From: Lachnospiraceae bacterium
GTDB taxonomy: Bacteria > Bacillota > Clostridia > Lachnospirales > Lachnospiraceae
Direction of reading: 5' to 3'
Assembly: GCA_029006155.1 (NCBI GenBank)
Contig: JAQXGF010000115.1
Coordinates: 3,161 to 67,160, forward strand
DNA length: 64,000 nucleotides
Of this stretch, positions 48,905 through 58,451 are shown in pieces (position 1 is the stretch's first letter; each line of letters opens with the position of its first letter). A program made the position numbers and the translations under genes. A model generated the notes under the pieces. The model had not been told where the DNA came from. It saw nothing but the letters and a program-made list of their open reading frames with translations, and did not search any database.

Positions 48905-49918
48905 ATGGAAGAACTGTTGCGAGTAGAAAATCTGAGCACTACATTTCAGACCGAACGCGGACGCATGAAGGCGGTGGACGGAGTTTCCTTTCATGTGAAT
49001 AAGGGTGAGATCATGGCAGTCGTCGGAGAGTCCGGCTGCGGAAAGAGTGTGACCTGTCAGTCGATCCTTCGTCTGTATGATGAAAAATATATGGCGAGCT
49101 ATGAAGGGCATATCCGGTTTGAGGATCAGGATATTCTGGCAATGCCACTGAAGGACATGGAGAAAATCCGCGGGGATGAGATTTCCATGATTTTCCAGGA
49201 TGCGTTAAGCGCGCTGAATCCGGTTTACACCGTGGGCAATCAGCTGAAGGAAACGCTGAAGTTGCACACGGATCTGGATAAGAAGCAGATCTATGAAAAA
49301 TCGGTCGAGAGTCTGAAACTGGTCGGTATCAACGATCCGGAAAAACGGCTGAAACAGTATCCGTTTGAGCTTTCCGGAGGCATGCGGCAGCGGATTATGA
49401 TCGCGATCGCGCTTGCCTGTCAGCCGAAGCTGCTGATCGCGGATGAGCCGACGACCGCACTGGATGTGACGATTCAGGCGCAGATCATGAGCCTGATCGT
49501 GGAGCTGAATAAAAAACTCGGGATGGGCGTGATACTGATCACCCATGATCTCTCCGTCGTGGCAGAGACATGCAGCCGTGTGGTCGTCATGTATCTCGGA
49601 CAGGTCGTAGAGGAAGCGGATGTCGATACGATTTTTGAAAATCCGCTGCATCCGTATACGAATGGCCTGATCCGTTCCATTCCGCAGATTGACGGAGCAC
49701 GTCCGAAGCGACTGTTTATGATCAAAGGTATGGTGCCGCTGCTCTCGCAGATCCCGGAGGGCTGCCGGTTCGCGCCGCGCTGTCCGTATGCGACAGAAGA
49801 GTGCCGTGCGAAAATGCCTGATCTGAAGGATGTGGCAGATAGCAAAAGTCAGGTTCATAAGGTACGGTGCCATCATATCGGAGCCGTCGGCAAGGAGGGA
49901 TTCGGATATGGAAACTGA
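48905..49918 (+). CDS. ABC ATP-binding protein (DppD-like)
   Basis: GESGCGKS, LSGGMRQR, DEPTTALDV, C-terminal Cys cluster. Confidence 0.95.
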   Translation: MEELLRVENLSTTFQTERGRMKAVDGVSFHVNKGEIMAVVGESGCGKSVTCQSILRLYDEKYMASYEGHIRFEDQDILAMPLKDMEKIRGDEISMIFQDALSALNPVYTVGNQLKETLKLHTDLDKKQIYEKSVESLKLVGINDPEKRLKQYPFELSGGMRQRIMIAIALACQPKLLIADEPTTALDVTIQAQIMSLIVELNKKLGMGVILITHDLSVVAETCSRVVVMYLGQVVEEADVDTIFENPLHPYTNGLIRSIPQIDGARPKRLFMIKGMVPLLSQIPEGCRFAPRCPYATEECRAKMPDLKDVADSKSQVHKVRCHHIGAVGKEGFGYGN

Positions 49919-50885
49919 AAAAAAGGTCGTACTGAAGGCAGAGCATATCAAAAAATATTTTCCGGTGAAAAATGCAGTCAGCCACGGAAAGGTTCAGGTA
50001 AAGGCCGTCGATGATATTTCGCTGATGCTGCACGAAGGAGAGACTTACGGGCTGGTCGGGGAGACCGGCTGCGGAAAGTCGACGCTGGGGCGCACGGTCT
50101 TAAAACTGATCGAGCCGACGGAAGGCCGGATCAGCATCAACGGGACGGACATTACGGAGCTGAGTGAAAAACAGATGATTCCGTATCGGCAAAAGATGCA
50201 GATGGTATTTCAGGATCCTTATACTTCACTCGATCCGAGAAAAAAAGTCGGGGATCTGCTCATGGAGGCACTGCAGATTCAGAAAATCGGAGACCGGAAG
50301 GATCGGATGGAGCTGGCGATGCAGATGCTCGGAAAGGTCGGACTGCGGCCACAGCATTTTTACCGTTATCCGCATGAATTTTCCGGAGGCCAGCGGCAGA
50401 GAGTCGGACTCGCGCGGGCACTGATCCTGAATCCAAGCTTTATCGTATGCGATGAGCCGGTATCCGCACTGGATGTATCCGTGCAGTCACAGATCATCAA
50501 TCTGCTTCTGGATCTGCAGGAAGATGGAAAAGTGACCTATCTGTTTATCGCGCATGACATGAGTGTGGTAAAATATATCTCGACACGGATTGGCGTCATG
50601 TATCTGGGACATCTCGTGGAGGAGGCAGCGACCGATGAACTGTTTTCCCTTCCGTCGCACCCGTATACGCAGGCACTTCTGTCTTCGGTACCGTCTTCCA
50701 ATCCGAAGATCAAAAAGCAGCGGATCGTCCTGGAAGGAGAAATACCGTCTCCAATGAATGCACCAAAGGGCTGCGTGTTCCACACGCGCTGCATGTACAG
50801 CATGCCCATCTGCGAAACAGAGCGCCCACAGATGAAAGAAATCTCCTGCGGCCACTGCGTCGCGTGCCACATGTATGATCAATAA
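49908..50885 (+). CDS. ABC ATP-binding protein (DppF-like)
   Basis: GETGCGKST, FSGGQRQR, DEPVSALDVS, HPYT. Confidence 0.95.
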   Translation: METEKKVVLKAEHIKKYFPVKNAVSHGKVQVKAVDDISLMLHEGETYGLVGETGCGKSTLGRTVLKLIEPTEGRISINGTDITELSEKQMIPYRQKMQMVFQDPYTSLDPRKKVGDLLMEALQIQKIGDRKDRMELAMQMLGKVGLRPQHFYRYPHEFSGGQRQRVGLARALILNPSFIVCDEPVSALDVSVQSQIINLLLDLQEDGKVTYLFIAHDMSVVKYISTRIGVMYLGHLVEEAATDELFSLPSHPYTQALLSSVPSSNPKIKKQRIVLEGEIPSPMNAPKGCVFHTRCMYSMPICETERPQMKEISCGHCVACHMYDQ

Positions 50886-50926
50886 CAGTTCAGAACATCC
50901 GCACTATACAGAAAGAAGGAATCAAA

Positions 50927-51964
50927 ATGGGATATGAACAGCTGGCAAGAGTCAAACTGGCAAATCTGCCGACTCCTCTGGAGGAGCTTACGGCGTTGAG
51001 AGAAGAGCTCGGAGGACCGCGGGTCTTTATGAAGCGGGATGACCTCACAGGGCTCGGGCTTGGCGGAAACAAACTGCGGAAGCTGGAATTTCTTCTTGGA
51101 GATGCCATGGAAAAGGGGGCAGACACGATTATCACCTCCGGCGATATGCAGACGAATCATGGACGGCTTACCGCTGCAGCGTGTGCGAAAATGGGTCTGG
51201 ACTGTTATCTTGTACTGACCGAGGATGACAATGGTGTGTACGAGGGCAACCGGATCTTACAGATGCTCTTTGGAGCAAAGCAGGTATTCTGCAAGATCGA
51301 CCATTCGGTTCCACCGGAGAAGATGGCAAAGGAACATCTTCGGGCCGGGGAAGAGCGGATTCAGGAGCTGATCGCGGAACTGAAGGCAAAAGGAAAGAAG
51401 CCATACCTGATTCCGAGAGGCGGCCGGTCCCTCTATGGAACTGCCAGCTATGTGGCGGCGATGGATGAGCTGAAACAGCAGTTGGATGTCCTGGGAGTGA
51501 AGGCCACCCACATCATCGCGCCCTGTGCGACGAGCTCGACGATGACGGGTATCAGCCTTGGCAATCGGGTATCGGGGATTCGTGCAAAGGTCATCGGAGC
51601 GGCGCTCTCCAGATCCGTGGAGGAAGGTAAGGCGATGCTGACCGAAGAGTTCAACCGGGATGCGAAGACGCTTGGATATGATGAGACGATCACGCCGGAA
51701 GAAGTGGACATCCGTGGGGATTACATCGGAGAAGGCTACGGCATCATGACGGAAAAAGGAAAAGAGGCAATGCTTTTATTTGCCCGCAAGGAAGGGATTT
51801 TACTGGATCCGACCTATACCTCGAAAACGGCATCGGCTTACATCGATCTGGTGCGAAAAGGAGAACTGACCGGGCAGGATACCGTGGTGCTGTTCCATAC
51901 CGGAGGGATCCCGCTTCTGTTTACAGAAAAAATGTCAAAGTGGGTAAAAGAAGAACTGATATAA
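50927..51964 (+). CDS. D-cysteine desulfhydrase / ACC deaminase family PLP enzyme
   Basis: KRDD...GGNKLRKLE, Q.NH, LDPTYTSK, HTGG. Confidence 0.88.
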   Translation: MGYEQLARVKLANLPTPLEELTALREELGGPRVFMKRDDLTGLGLGGNKLRKLEFLLGDAMEKGADTIITSGDMQTNHGRLTAAACAKMGLDCYLVLTEDDNGVYEGNRILQMLFGAKQVFCKIDHSVPPEKMAKEHLRAGEERIQELIAELKAKGKKPYLIPRGGRSLYGTASYVAAMDELKQQLDVLGVKATHIIAPCATSSTMTGISLGNRVSGIRAKVIGAALSRSVEEGKAMLTEEFNRDAKTLGYDETITPEEVDIRGDYIGEGYGIMTEKGKEAMLLFARKEGILLDPTYTSKTASAYIDLVRKGELTGQDTVVLFHTGGIPLLFTEKMSKWVKEELI

Positions 51965-51988
51965 CGACAGGAAAGTGATGTGTGAATC

Positions 51989-52990
51989 ATGGAGAAAACA
52001 GGGACATGGAAGGTGCTGGTGACGGCACATCGACAGGATGAGACTGCGATTTTTGAAAAAGTAAATAAACGATTCGGATTTTTGCTGGATTATCAGAAGG
52101 AACAGCTCACATTGAAAAATGCAAATGTGTTAAAAGGATACGATGCAGTGGCGATCAATGCAGGCTGTGAGGTCGATCGGGAGATGGCAGCGGCCATGCA
52201 CGAAGCCGGGATCCGTTACATTGCGACACGAACGGCTGGAAAAGATCATATCGATAAAAATGAAATTAAAAAATATGGGATCAAAGCAGCGAATGTGCCG
52301 GGATATTCACCAAATGCGATTTCAGAACATACGGTGCTGTTGATTTTATCGCTGCTCCGTAAAATGAAAACACAGCTTCGGCGGATCGAAGAGCAGTACT
52401 TTTTTTTAAACGGTCTGCGTGGCAGGGAACTAAAAAGCATGACGGTCGGTGTGATCGGAACCGGGCGGATCGGGACGGCGACGATCCAGGATCTGAGCGG
52501 GTTCGGATGCCGGATTCTCGCAAATGGACATCATCCGAATCCGGAGGTACAGCGCCTTGCAGAGCAGACAGATCTGGAACCGTTGCTCGCACAGTCGGAT
52601 ATCGTAGTTCTGCACTGCCCGATGTCCGAACAGAATTATCATATGATCGATGCCGAAGCGATTCAGAAGATGAAGCCGGGGGCCCTGCTGGTCAATACGG
52701 CACGGGGTGGACTGGTAGATACGAAAGCCGTCTATGAAGCGTTGAAAAGCGGAAGACTTGGCGGATTTGCAATGGATGTCTATGAATATGAGGATCAGAC
52801 AGCACGGAAGGACTACCGGGGAAAGCAGCTGGATGATCTGCTGCTGGCATCCCTGCTCGCGATGGATCAGGTCATCTTTACGACGCATACGGCATTTTAT
52901 ACAGACCAGGCGATCGAGAATATTGTGGAGAGTTCGCTGGAGAATCTGGATTCCTTTTTCCGGACGGGCGAGAGTGAGAATGAAATATGA
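51989..52990 (+). CDS. D-2-hydroxyacid (D-lactate-like) dehydrogenase
   Basis: VPGYSP, GTGRIG, VNTARG, DVYE.E, HTAFYT. Confidence 0.9.
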   Translation: MEKTGTWKVLVTAHRQDETAIFEKVNKRFGFLLDYQKEQLTLKNANVLKGYDAVAINAGCEVDREMAAAMHEAGIRYIATRTAGKDHIDKNEIKKYGIKAANVPGYSPNAISEHTVLLILSLLRKMKTQLRRIEEQYFFLNGLRGRELKSMTVGVIGTGRIGTATIQDLSGFGCRILANGHHPNPEVQRLAEQTDLEPLLAQSDIVVLHCPMSEQNYHMIDAEAIQKMKPGALLVNTARGGLVDTKAVYEALKSGRLGGFAMDVYEYEDQTARKDYRGKQLDDLLLASLLAMDQVIFTTHTAFYTDQAIENIVESSLENLDSFFRTGESENEI

Positions 52991-53110
52991 GAAAAAATAT
53001 ATTTCCTATAATCACAGGCGGATTGCAGAAGTATAATTTGCTGCATGTATCGTGCAGTAGAGATTTTGAGTATATAGAGCATATATTAAGATAAGAAAGA
53101 AGGAACGCGG

Positions 53111-54715
53111 ATGCTGGACACACGGATTATCAATGCGAAGATTATCGATGGGACCGGAACTGCGGCATATCACGGAACCATCGGGATCCGAAACGGAAAA
53201 CTGGTGCTTGGCCGGGCGGCGGAAGAGGAGAGCGCTGTGGCACAGGTAGATGCGGCAGGAAAGACACTCTGTCCGGGTTTTATCGACAGCCATTCTCATT
53301 CAGATCTGTATATTGGAAGTGATCCGGAAACGGTCAGCCTCTGTAAGATTTCCCAGGGAATTACGACGCAGGTCGGCGGTCAGTGTGGATCCTCTCTGTT
53401 TCCGGCACCATTGTCCAAAAAGGCGCAGATGCTGGAATATCTCTCCGGGGATGTGAATCAGGAGCAGCTGGATGCAGTGGAGGCATTCCAGAGCTTTGCA
53501 GGCTATGTGGATTATGCGAAATCCCAGCGGCTTCCGGGCAATTTTGCATTTCTGGCCGGACACAGTACGCTCCGGATGGCGACGGTAGGCTATGAGAACC
53601 GTCCGGCGACGAAAGAAGAGCTGGAAGAAATGAAGCGCTATCTGAGGGAAGCGATGGAGCATGGCTGTTTCGGGCTTTCTTCCGGGCTGATTTATGTGCC
53701 GGGTGTCTATGCACCGACGGAAGAGCTGATCGAGCTGTGCAAGGCAATGCGGCCATATGGAGGTATTTATGCGACGCATATGCGCAGCGAGGCAGACCAT
53801 GTCGTGGAAGGGGTAAAAGAAGCGATCCGGATTGCCGAGGAATCGGGGGTTCCACTTGTGATCTCCCATCACAAGATATGCGGACCGCGCAACTGGGGCG
53901 CGTCAAAAGAGACGCTCCGCCTGATACATGAGGCGATTGCGCGTGGTGTGTCGATCACACTGGATCAATATCCATATACGGCGTCACAGACCGGGCTGTG
54001 CCAGTGCATGTCGCCAAAGTATTTTACAAATGGGCCGGTTGCGGCTGCTGCACTTTTAAAGGATCCGAAGATGCGGGAGAAGATCCGTAAAGAGATGACC
54101 GAGGTGCCGTGCAGCTACAACAGTTCTTATCAGAATGCCGGCGGATTTGACGGAATCCGGATTTTGTCCGTACCGCGCACGCCACAGGCAGTCGGGATGA
54201 CGGTTTCCGAGTGGGCGAAGAAATGTGGAAAAGATCCATTTGAGGCATACTTTGATCTGATGGAAGAAAATGAGTGCGCGGGAAGCGGCGCATTTTCCTG
54301 CATGCAGGAGGAAGAGGTGGAGCGCATTTATCTCGATGAGAATACCGTCGCAGGGACGGATGGACTGGTACATAAGAAAGACGGCGTCGCCCATCCGAGG
54401 GCATATGGAGCGGTGGTACGCTCTATTTCAGAGTTTGCATGTAGGAAACACCTCGTCAGCATGGAACAGGCGGTCCGGAAAGCGACCGGGCTGACCGCCG
54501 AGCGCTGGGGACTTTGTGGAAAAGGGAAGATCGCAGACGGATACGATGCGGATCTGGTGTTACTGTCAGAGGAGGAGCTTTCGGACCGGGCAGATTTTCT
54601 GCATCCATCCAGAGTGTGCGCAGGCATCCATACGGTGTGGGTGAACGGAGCTGTGGTTTATCAGGACGGAAAAATGACCGGGGCATATCCGGGAAGCGTG
54701 CTGCTGCGTTCATGA
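53111..54715 (+). CDS. N-acyl-D-amino-acid deacylase (D-aminoacylase, amidohydrolase family)
   Basis: PGFIDSHSHSD, QCG, THMR.E, SHHK, DQYPY, GTDG, HPRAYG. Confidence 0.88.
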   Translation: MLDTRIINAKIIDGTGTAAYHGTIGIRNGKLVLGRAAEEESAVAQVDAAGKTLCPGFIDSHSHSDLYIGSDPETVSLCKISQGITTQVGGQCGSSLFPAPLSKKAQMLEYLSGDVNQEQLDAVEAFQSFAGYVDYAKSQRLPGNFAFLAGHSTLRMATVGYENRPATKEELEEMKRYLREAMEHGCFGLSSGLIYVPGVYAPTEELIELCKAMRPYGGIYATHMRSEADHVVEGVKEAIRIAEESGVPLVISHHKICGPRNWGASKETLRLIHEAIARGVSITLDQYPYTASQTGLCQCMSPKYFTNGPVAAAALLKDPKMREKIRKEMTEVPCSYNSSYQNAGGFDGIRILSVPRTPQAVGMTVSEWAKKCGKDPFEAYFDLMEENECAGSGAFSCMQEEEVERIYLDENTVAGTDGLVHKKDGVAHPRAYGAVVRSISEFACRKHLVSMEQAVRKATGLTAERWGLCGKGKIADGYDADLVLLSEEELSDRADFLHPSRVCAGIHTVWVNGAVVYQDGKMTGAYPGSVLLRS

Positions 54716-54754
54716 GCAAGCAGCGAAGCGAATTGAGAATGCCTGCTTTATGGC
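54711..54754 (+). repeat. REP-like element copy
   Basis: CATGAGCAAGCAGCGAAGCGAATTGAGAATGCCTGCTTTATGGC aligns with the 3061 and 45194 motifs. Confidence 0.6.
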
Positions 54755-54905
54755 TGAAAGTTTATTTGTTTATCCTTGCGCTTTGCGGACAAGGACTAGC
54801 TGTCGGCTCGTAAATACTTTGCTGCCCACAGCCGGATGTTTGTTGGAAAATGAAGCGTACAGTAACGCAGAACCTACAGGATGACAGAGAAAGACGGGGA
54901 TCGAT

Positions 54906-55823
54906 ATGACGACGATAAACAGCGTAATTGAGCTTCAGATCATACTGGCACTTTTGATGGTCTGCGGAATGGTACTGACCAAAAAGGGAGTCCTGACGGC
55001 AGCAGGGAGAAAATGTCTGACGGATCTGCTGATTGACCTGATTCTTCCGTGCAATATCATCAATTCGTTTCTGATCGATCTGAGCGCAGACGTACTGAAG
55101 GCTTCGCTGGAAGTCCTGCTGATTGCACTCGGCATCCAGATTCTCTGCTGGCTTGGTGGAAAGGTGCTGTTTTCGTTTGCCGAGCCGGGGAAAAAGAAGG
55201 TACTTCAGTATGCGACGATCTGTTCGAATGCGGGGTTTATGGGAAATCCGATCATTGAAGGGATATATGGACAGGAAGGATTGCTGTATGCGTCCGTTTA
55301 TCTGATCCCGCTCCGCTTCTTTATGTGGTCGGCGGGGCTGTCCTGCTTTACAAAAGCAAAGGGGAAAGATGTGCTGCGCAAGCTCGCGTGGCATCCGTGT
55401 ATTTGGGCGGTCTGGATTGGATTTTTCTTTATGCTGACCGGAATTACAATCCCGTCGCCCATTTTACGCACGCTTCGCTATTTAAGCGGCTGTATGTTGC
55501 CGGTGTCCATTCTGATTATCGGCTCGATCCTGGCCGGGGTGAATATCCGGACGATATTTACGAAGCTGACTTTATACTACAGCGGGTTGCGGCTGCTGGC
55601 CATTCCGCTGGTGACGCTTTTGATCTGCAGGATGCTTGGTACCCCGGAACTGGTGACGGGTGTCTCCGTTTTGCTGGCCGGAATGCCGGCCGGGAGCACA
55701 ACAGCGATTTTGGCAGAAAAATATGACGGGGATGCCGTGTACGCATCCGGGTGTATTTTTGTGAGCACACTGCTGTCGCTTGTGACGATCCCGGCCTTAA
55801 GCGTGCTGATGCAGGTAATATAG
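54906..55823 (+). CDS. AEC (auxin efflux carrier) family transporter
   Basis: SNAGFMG.P, MPAG, STLLSLVTIP; about 10 TM. Confidence 0.9.
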   Translation: MTTINSVIELQIILALLMVCGMVLTKKGVLTAAGRKCLTDLLIDLILPCNIINSFLIDLSADVLKASLEVLLIALGIQILCWLGGKVLFSFAEPGKKKVLQYATICSNAGFMGNPIIEGIYGQEGLLYASVYLIPLRFFMWSAGLSCFTKAKGKDVLRKLAWHPCIWAVWIGFFFMLTGITIPSPILRTLRYLSGCMLPVSILIIGSILAGVNIRTIFTKLTLYYSGLRLLAIPLVTLLICRMLGTPELVTGVSVLLAGMPAGSTTAILAEKYDGDAVYASGCIFVSTLLSLVTIPALSVLMQVI

Positions 55824-55831
55824 GGAAAGGT

Positions 55832-55867
55832 AAGTAGCGAAGCTGATGATGGATTGTGAATATCCAT
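55832..55867 (+). repeat. REP-like element copy
   Basis: AAGTAGCGAAGC...ATGGATT-GTGA-ATATCCAT. Confidence 0.6.
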
Positions 55868-56058
55868 TTGACACGAAAAAATTGCGATATTCATCAGATA
55901 TAAATGGATTTATGGAGTGATTCATTAGTTATAAAAATTTGACTGAGATATATCGATAGGAATAGAGTCAGATTTATACGGGTATAGTCATTATTTGATC
56001 AGGAAGTAATAATAAAGTTTTCAGAAATTGGATAGAAAAGAAAGGGGAGGAATCGATC

Positions 56059-57276
56059 ATGTACGAATTCAACAGCAATTTCAGCAAATTTCCGGGAGGC
56101 TATCTGTTTGCGGTTCTGCATCAGAAGCTGGACGCTTATAAAAAGGAGCATCCAGATGCAAAGGTCATCAGTCTTGGCGTCGGGGATGTGACGCTGCCGC
56201 TTCCAAAGGCGGTCACGGATGCGATGCAGAAAGCCGTGCTGGAGCAGACAAAAAAAGAGACATTTCAGGGATATGGTCCCTATGAGGGATTTGAATTTTT
56301 GAGAAAAGCGATTGCAGAGCATGACTTTGCACCGTATGGTGTGACGGTAGGGCTGGATGAGATTTTTATCAGTGACGGCGCCAAGAGCGATGTGGCGAGC
56401 GTCTGTGATCTTTTTTCTGTCAACAATGTGATTGCAGTCTGTGACCCGACCTACCCGGCTTACATCGATACGAATGTCATTGCGGGGCGGTGTGGCACCT
56501 GGCAGGAGGAAAAAGGGCAGTGGAGCGATGTGGTCTACCTTCCGTGTGTGAAAGAAAATGAATTTACGCCGGAACTGCCGGAACGTCACGCGGACCTGAT
56601 TTATCTGTGTTTTCCAAATAATCCGACCGGTGCGATGATCAGTAAGGAGAAACTTCAGCGCTGGGTGGACTACGCAAACCGGGAAGGATCGCTGATTCTG
56701 TTCGATGCGGCTTATGAGGGATTTATTTCGGATCCGGCGCTGCCGCACACGATTTATGAGTGCGAGGGCGCGAAAAAATGCTGCATGGAGTTCCGCAGCT
56801 ATTCGAAGACGGCAGGCTTCACGGGCGTCCGCCTTGGCTATACGGTGATTCCGAAGGAGATTGAGAACGGCGGAATCCGTCTGAATGATCTGTGGCGTCG
56901 CAGGCTCGGCTCTAAGTACAATGGCGCGCCGTATATTGTACAGCGTGGTGCGGAGGCGATTTACACCCCACAGGGTCAGAAGGAAGTAAAAGAGCACATC
57001 GGCTATTATAAAGAAAATACGCTGCTGATTTTGCAGGAACTGAAAAAGATGGGCTATGAGGCATTCGGCGGAACCGATTCGCCGTACATCTGGATGCAGA
57101 CGCCACACGGAATGGGATCCTGGGAATTTTTCAATTATCTGCTCTCCCACGCACAGGTCGTCGGCACCCCAGGTGTTGGCTTTGGTCCAAGCGGTGCAGG
57201 CTACTTTCGCCTGACCGGCTTCGGCACCCGTGAGCAGACGGGGGAGGCACTTGAGCGGATTCGGAAGCTGGGATAA
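56059..57276 (+). CDS. dapL: LL-diaminopimelate aminotransferase
   Basis: YLF, LG.GDVT, GYGP, SDGAK.D, PNNPTG, DAAYE, SYSKTAGFTG.R, PG.GFG. Confidence 0.9.
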   Translation: MYEFNSNFSKFPGGYLFAVLHQKLDAYKKEHPDAKVISLGVGDVTLPLPKAVTDAMQKAVLEQTKKETFQGYGPYEGFEFLRKAIAEHDFAPYGVTVGLDEIFISDGAKSDVASVCDLFSVNNVIAVCDPTYPAYIDTNVIAGRCGTWQEEKGQWSDVVYLPCVKENEFTPELPERHADLIYLCFPNNPTGAMISKEKLQRWVDYANREGSLILFDAAYEGFISDPALPHTIYECEGAKKCCMEFRSYSKTAGFTGVRLGYTVIPKEIENGGIRLNDLWRRRLGSKYNGAPYIVQRGAEAIYTPQGQKEVKEHIGYYKENTLLILQELKKMGYEAFGGTDSPYIWMQTPHGMGSWEFFNYLLSHAQVVGTPGVGFGPSGAGYFRLTGFGTREQTGEALERIRKLG

Positions 57277-57287
57277 GCAGCAGGTGC

Positions 57288-57339
57288 AGAAAACCAGAAT
57301 CAGGAAAGCAGTTAGTCGGTAGATTGGCTGCTTTTTTTT
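57288..57339 (+). terminator. Intrinsic terminator after dapL
   Basis: AGCAGTTAGTC-GGTA-GATTGGCTGCT followed by a T run. Confidence 0.75.
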
Positions 57340-57522
57340 GATATGGATTACAATTCATTCAACGATCATTTATTTGCCTACAGATATTATCACAATTAAT
57401 TTGTGAAAATAATTTTAATTATATTGACATTTGAAATTTAATATGATAACATTTTGAAAAAATATGTATGACCAATACATACTATTAATGGAAAGGCAGA
57501 TATGATAAAATAATAAAGGAGG

Positions 57523-58395
57523 ATGAATGTGACAAAAGAAGAAATGATCGCGTCAGAAGACCTGAAAGAACGATATGAAAGATATAAAGACATTTTAAAA
57601 GACCTTACGCTCGTGAATGATATATTCATGAGAAATGTGTTAAAAAAGCGTGAATGTACGGAATATATTTTACAGGTGATTATGGGCGAAAAGGATTTAA
57701 AAGTGATTGATCAGGTACAGCAAAAGGACTATAAAAATTTGCAGGGGCGATCAGCGATTCTGGATTGCGTGGTCAGAGATTCCGAAGGTCGGCAGATGGA
57801 TGTGGAAATTCAGCAGGATAATGAGGGGGCATCTCCGAAAAGAGCGAGGTATTATAGTGGTCTGATGGATATGAATACATTGAATCCGGGACAGGATTTC
57901 GATGAACTTCCAGAGAGTTATGTGATTTTTATTACGAAAAATGATACGTTAGGCTATGGACTTCCGATTTATCATATCAATAGAAAAATCGAAGAGGTCA
58001 GTGAAAGCTTTCAGGATGAAGCGCATATTATTTATGTCAATTCGAAAAGGCAGGAGGACACCGAGTTGGGTAAGCTAATGCATGACTTGCATTGCAAAAA
58101 TGCGAAGGATATGCACAGCGGGATTCTTGCAGATAGGGTATATGAACTGAAGGAAACACAGGAAGGAGTGAACGGTATGTGCCATGAAATGGAAAAAATT
58201 TACAGTGAAGGAATAGAAAGCGGTGAAAAGCGTGGCGAATTAAAAAAAGCAAAAGAGACAGCTCTTTCTATGGTAGCAGAGGGGATGGATGTCAAATTGA
58301 TAGCGCGTTTGATTAAAATAAGCGAAAAGGATGTTCAGAAATGGATTCTGGAAGATAAAGCTGATTCAAAAAGTAATTTGATGCAGGAAAAATGA
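57523..58395 (+). CDS. Rpn family / PD-(D/E)XK nuclease family protein
   Basis: ND.FM, LD.V..D, DVEIQ, KRARYY, YVIFI, C-terminal HTH-like tail; low-GC segment; the start may be GTG 57529. Confidence 0.88.
   Translation: MNVTKEEMIASEDLKERYERYKDILKDLTLVNDIFMRNVLKKRECTEYILQVIMGEKDLKVIDQVQQKDYKNLQGRSAILDCVVRDSEGRQMDVEIQQDNEGASPKRARYYSGLMDMNTLNPGQDFDELPESYVIFITKNDTLGYGLPIYHINRKIEEVSESFQDEAHIIYVNSKRQEDTELGKLMHDLHCKNAKDMHSGILADRVYELKETQEGVNGMCHEMEKIYSEGIESGEKRGELKKAKETALSMVAEGMDVKLIARLIKISEKDVQKWILEDKADSKSNLMQEK
58177..58395 (+). CDS. Putative in-frame internally translated small C-terminal protein (RpnS-like antitoxin)
   Basis: GGAAGGAG followed after 8 nt by an in-frame ATG (MCHEMEKIYSEG...). 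Confidence 0.55.
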   Translation: MCHEMEKIYSEGIESGEKRGELKKAKETALSMVAEGMDVKLIARLIKISEKDVQKWILEDKADSKSNLMQEK

Positions 58396-58451
58396 CAGAG
58401 TGTGGAGGAAGCAAAATAAAAAAATGGATTTATAAGCAGCTTTGAACATAG

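Noticed and set aside
50927-51964. True ACC deaminase (acdS)
   Set aside because: Lacks the diagnostic Glu and Leu (has DPTYT and HTGG)
20157-52990. Vancomycin resistance cluster (VanZ, VanRS-like, VanY, VanH-like)
   Set aside because: Genes are scattered over more than 30 kb in different operons, and no D-Ala-D-Lac/D-Ser ligase or VanX is present
57523-58395. Rpn gene as an active IS transposase
   Set aside because: No terminal inverted repeats or target duplication seen; the family is not a demonstrated transposase
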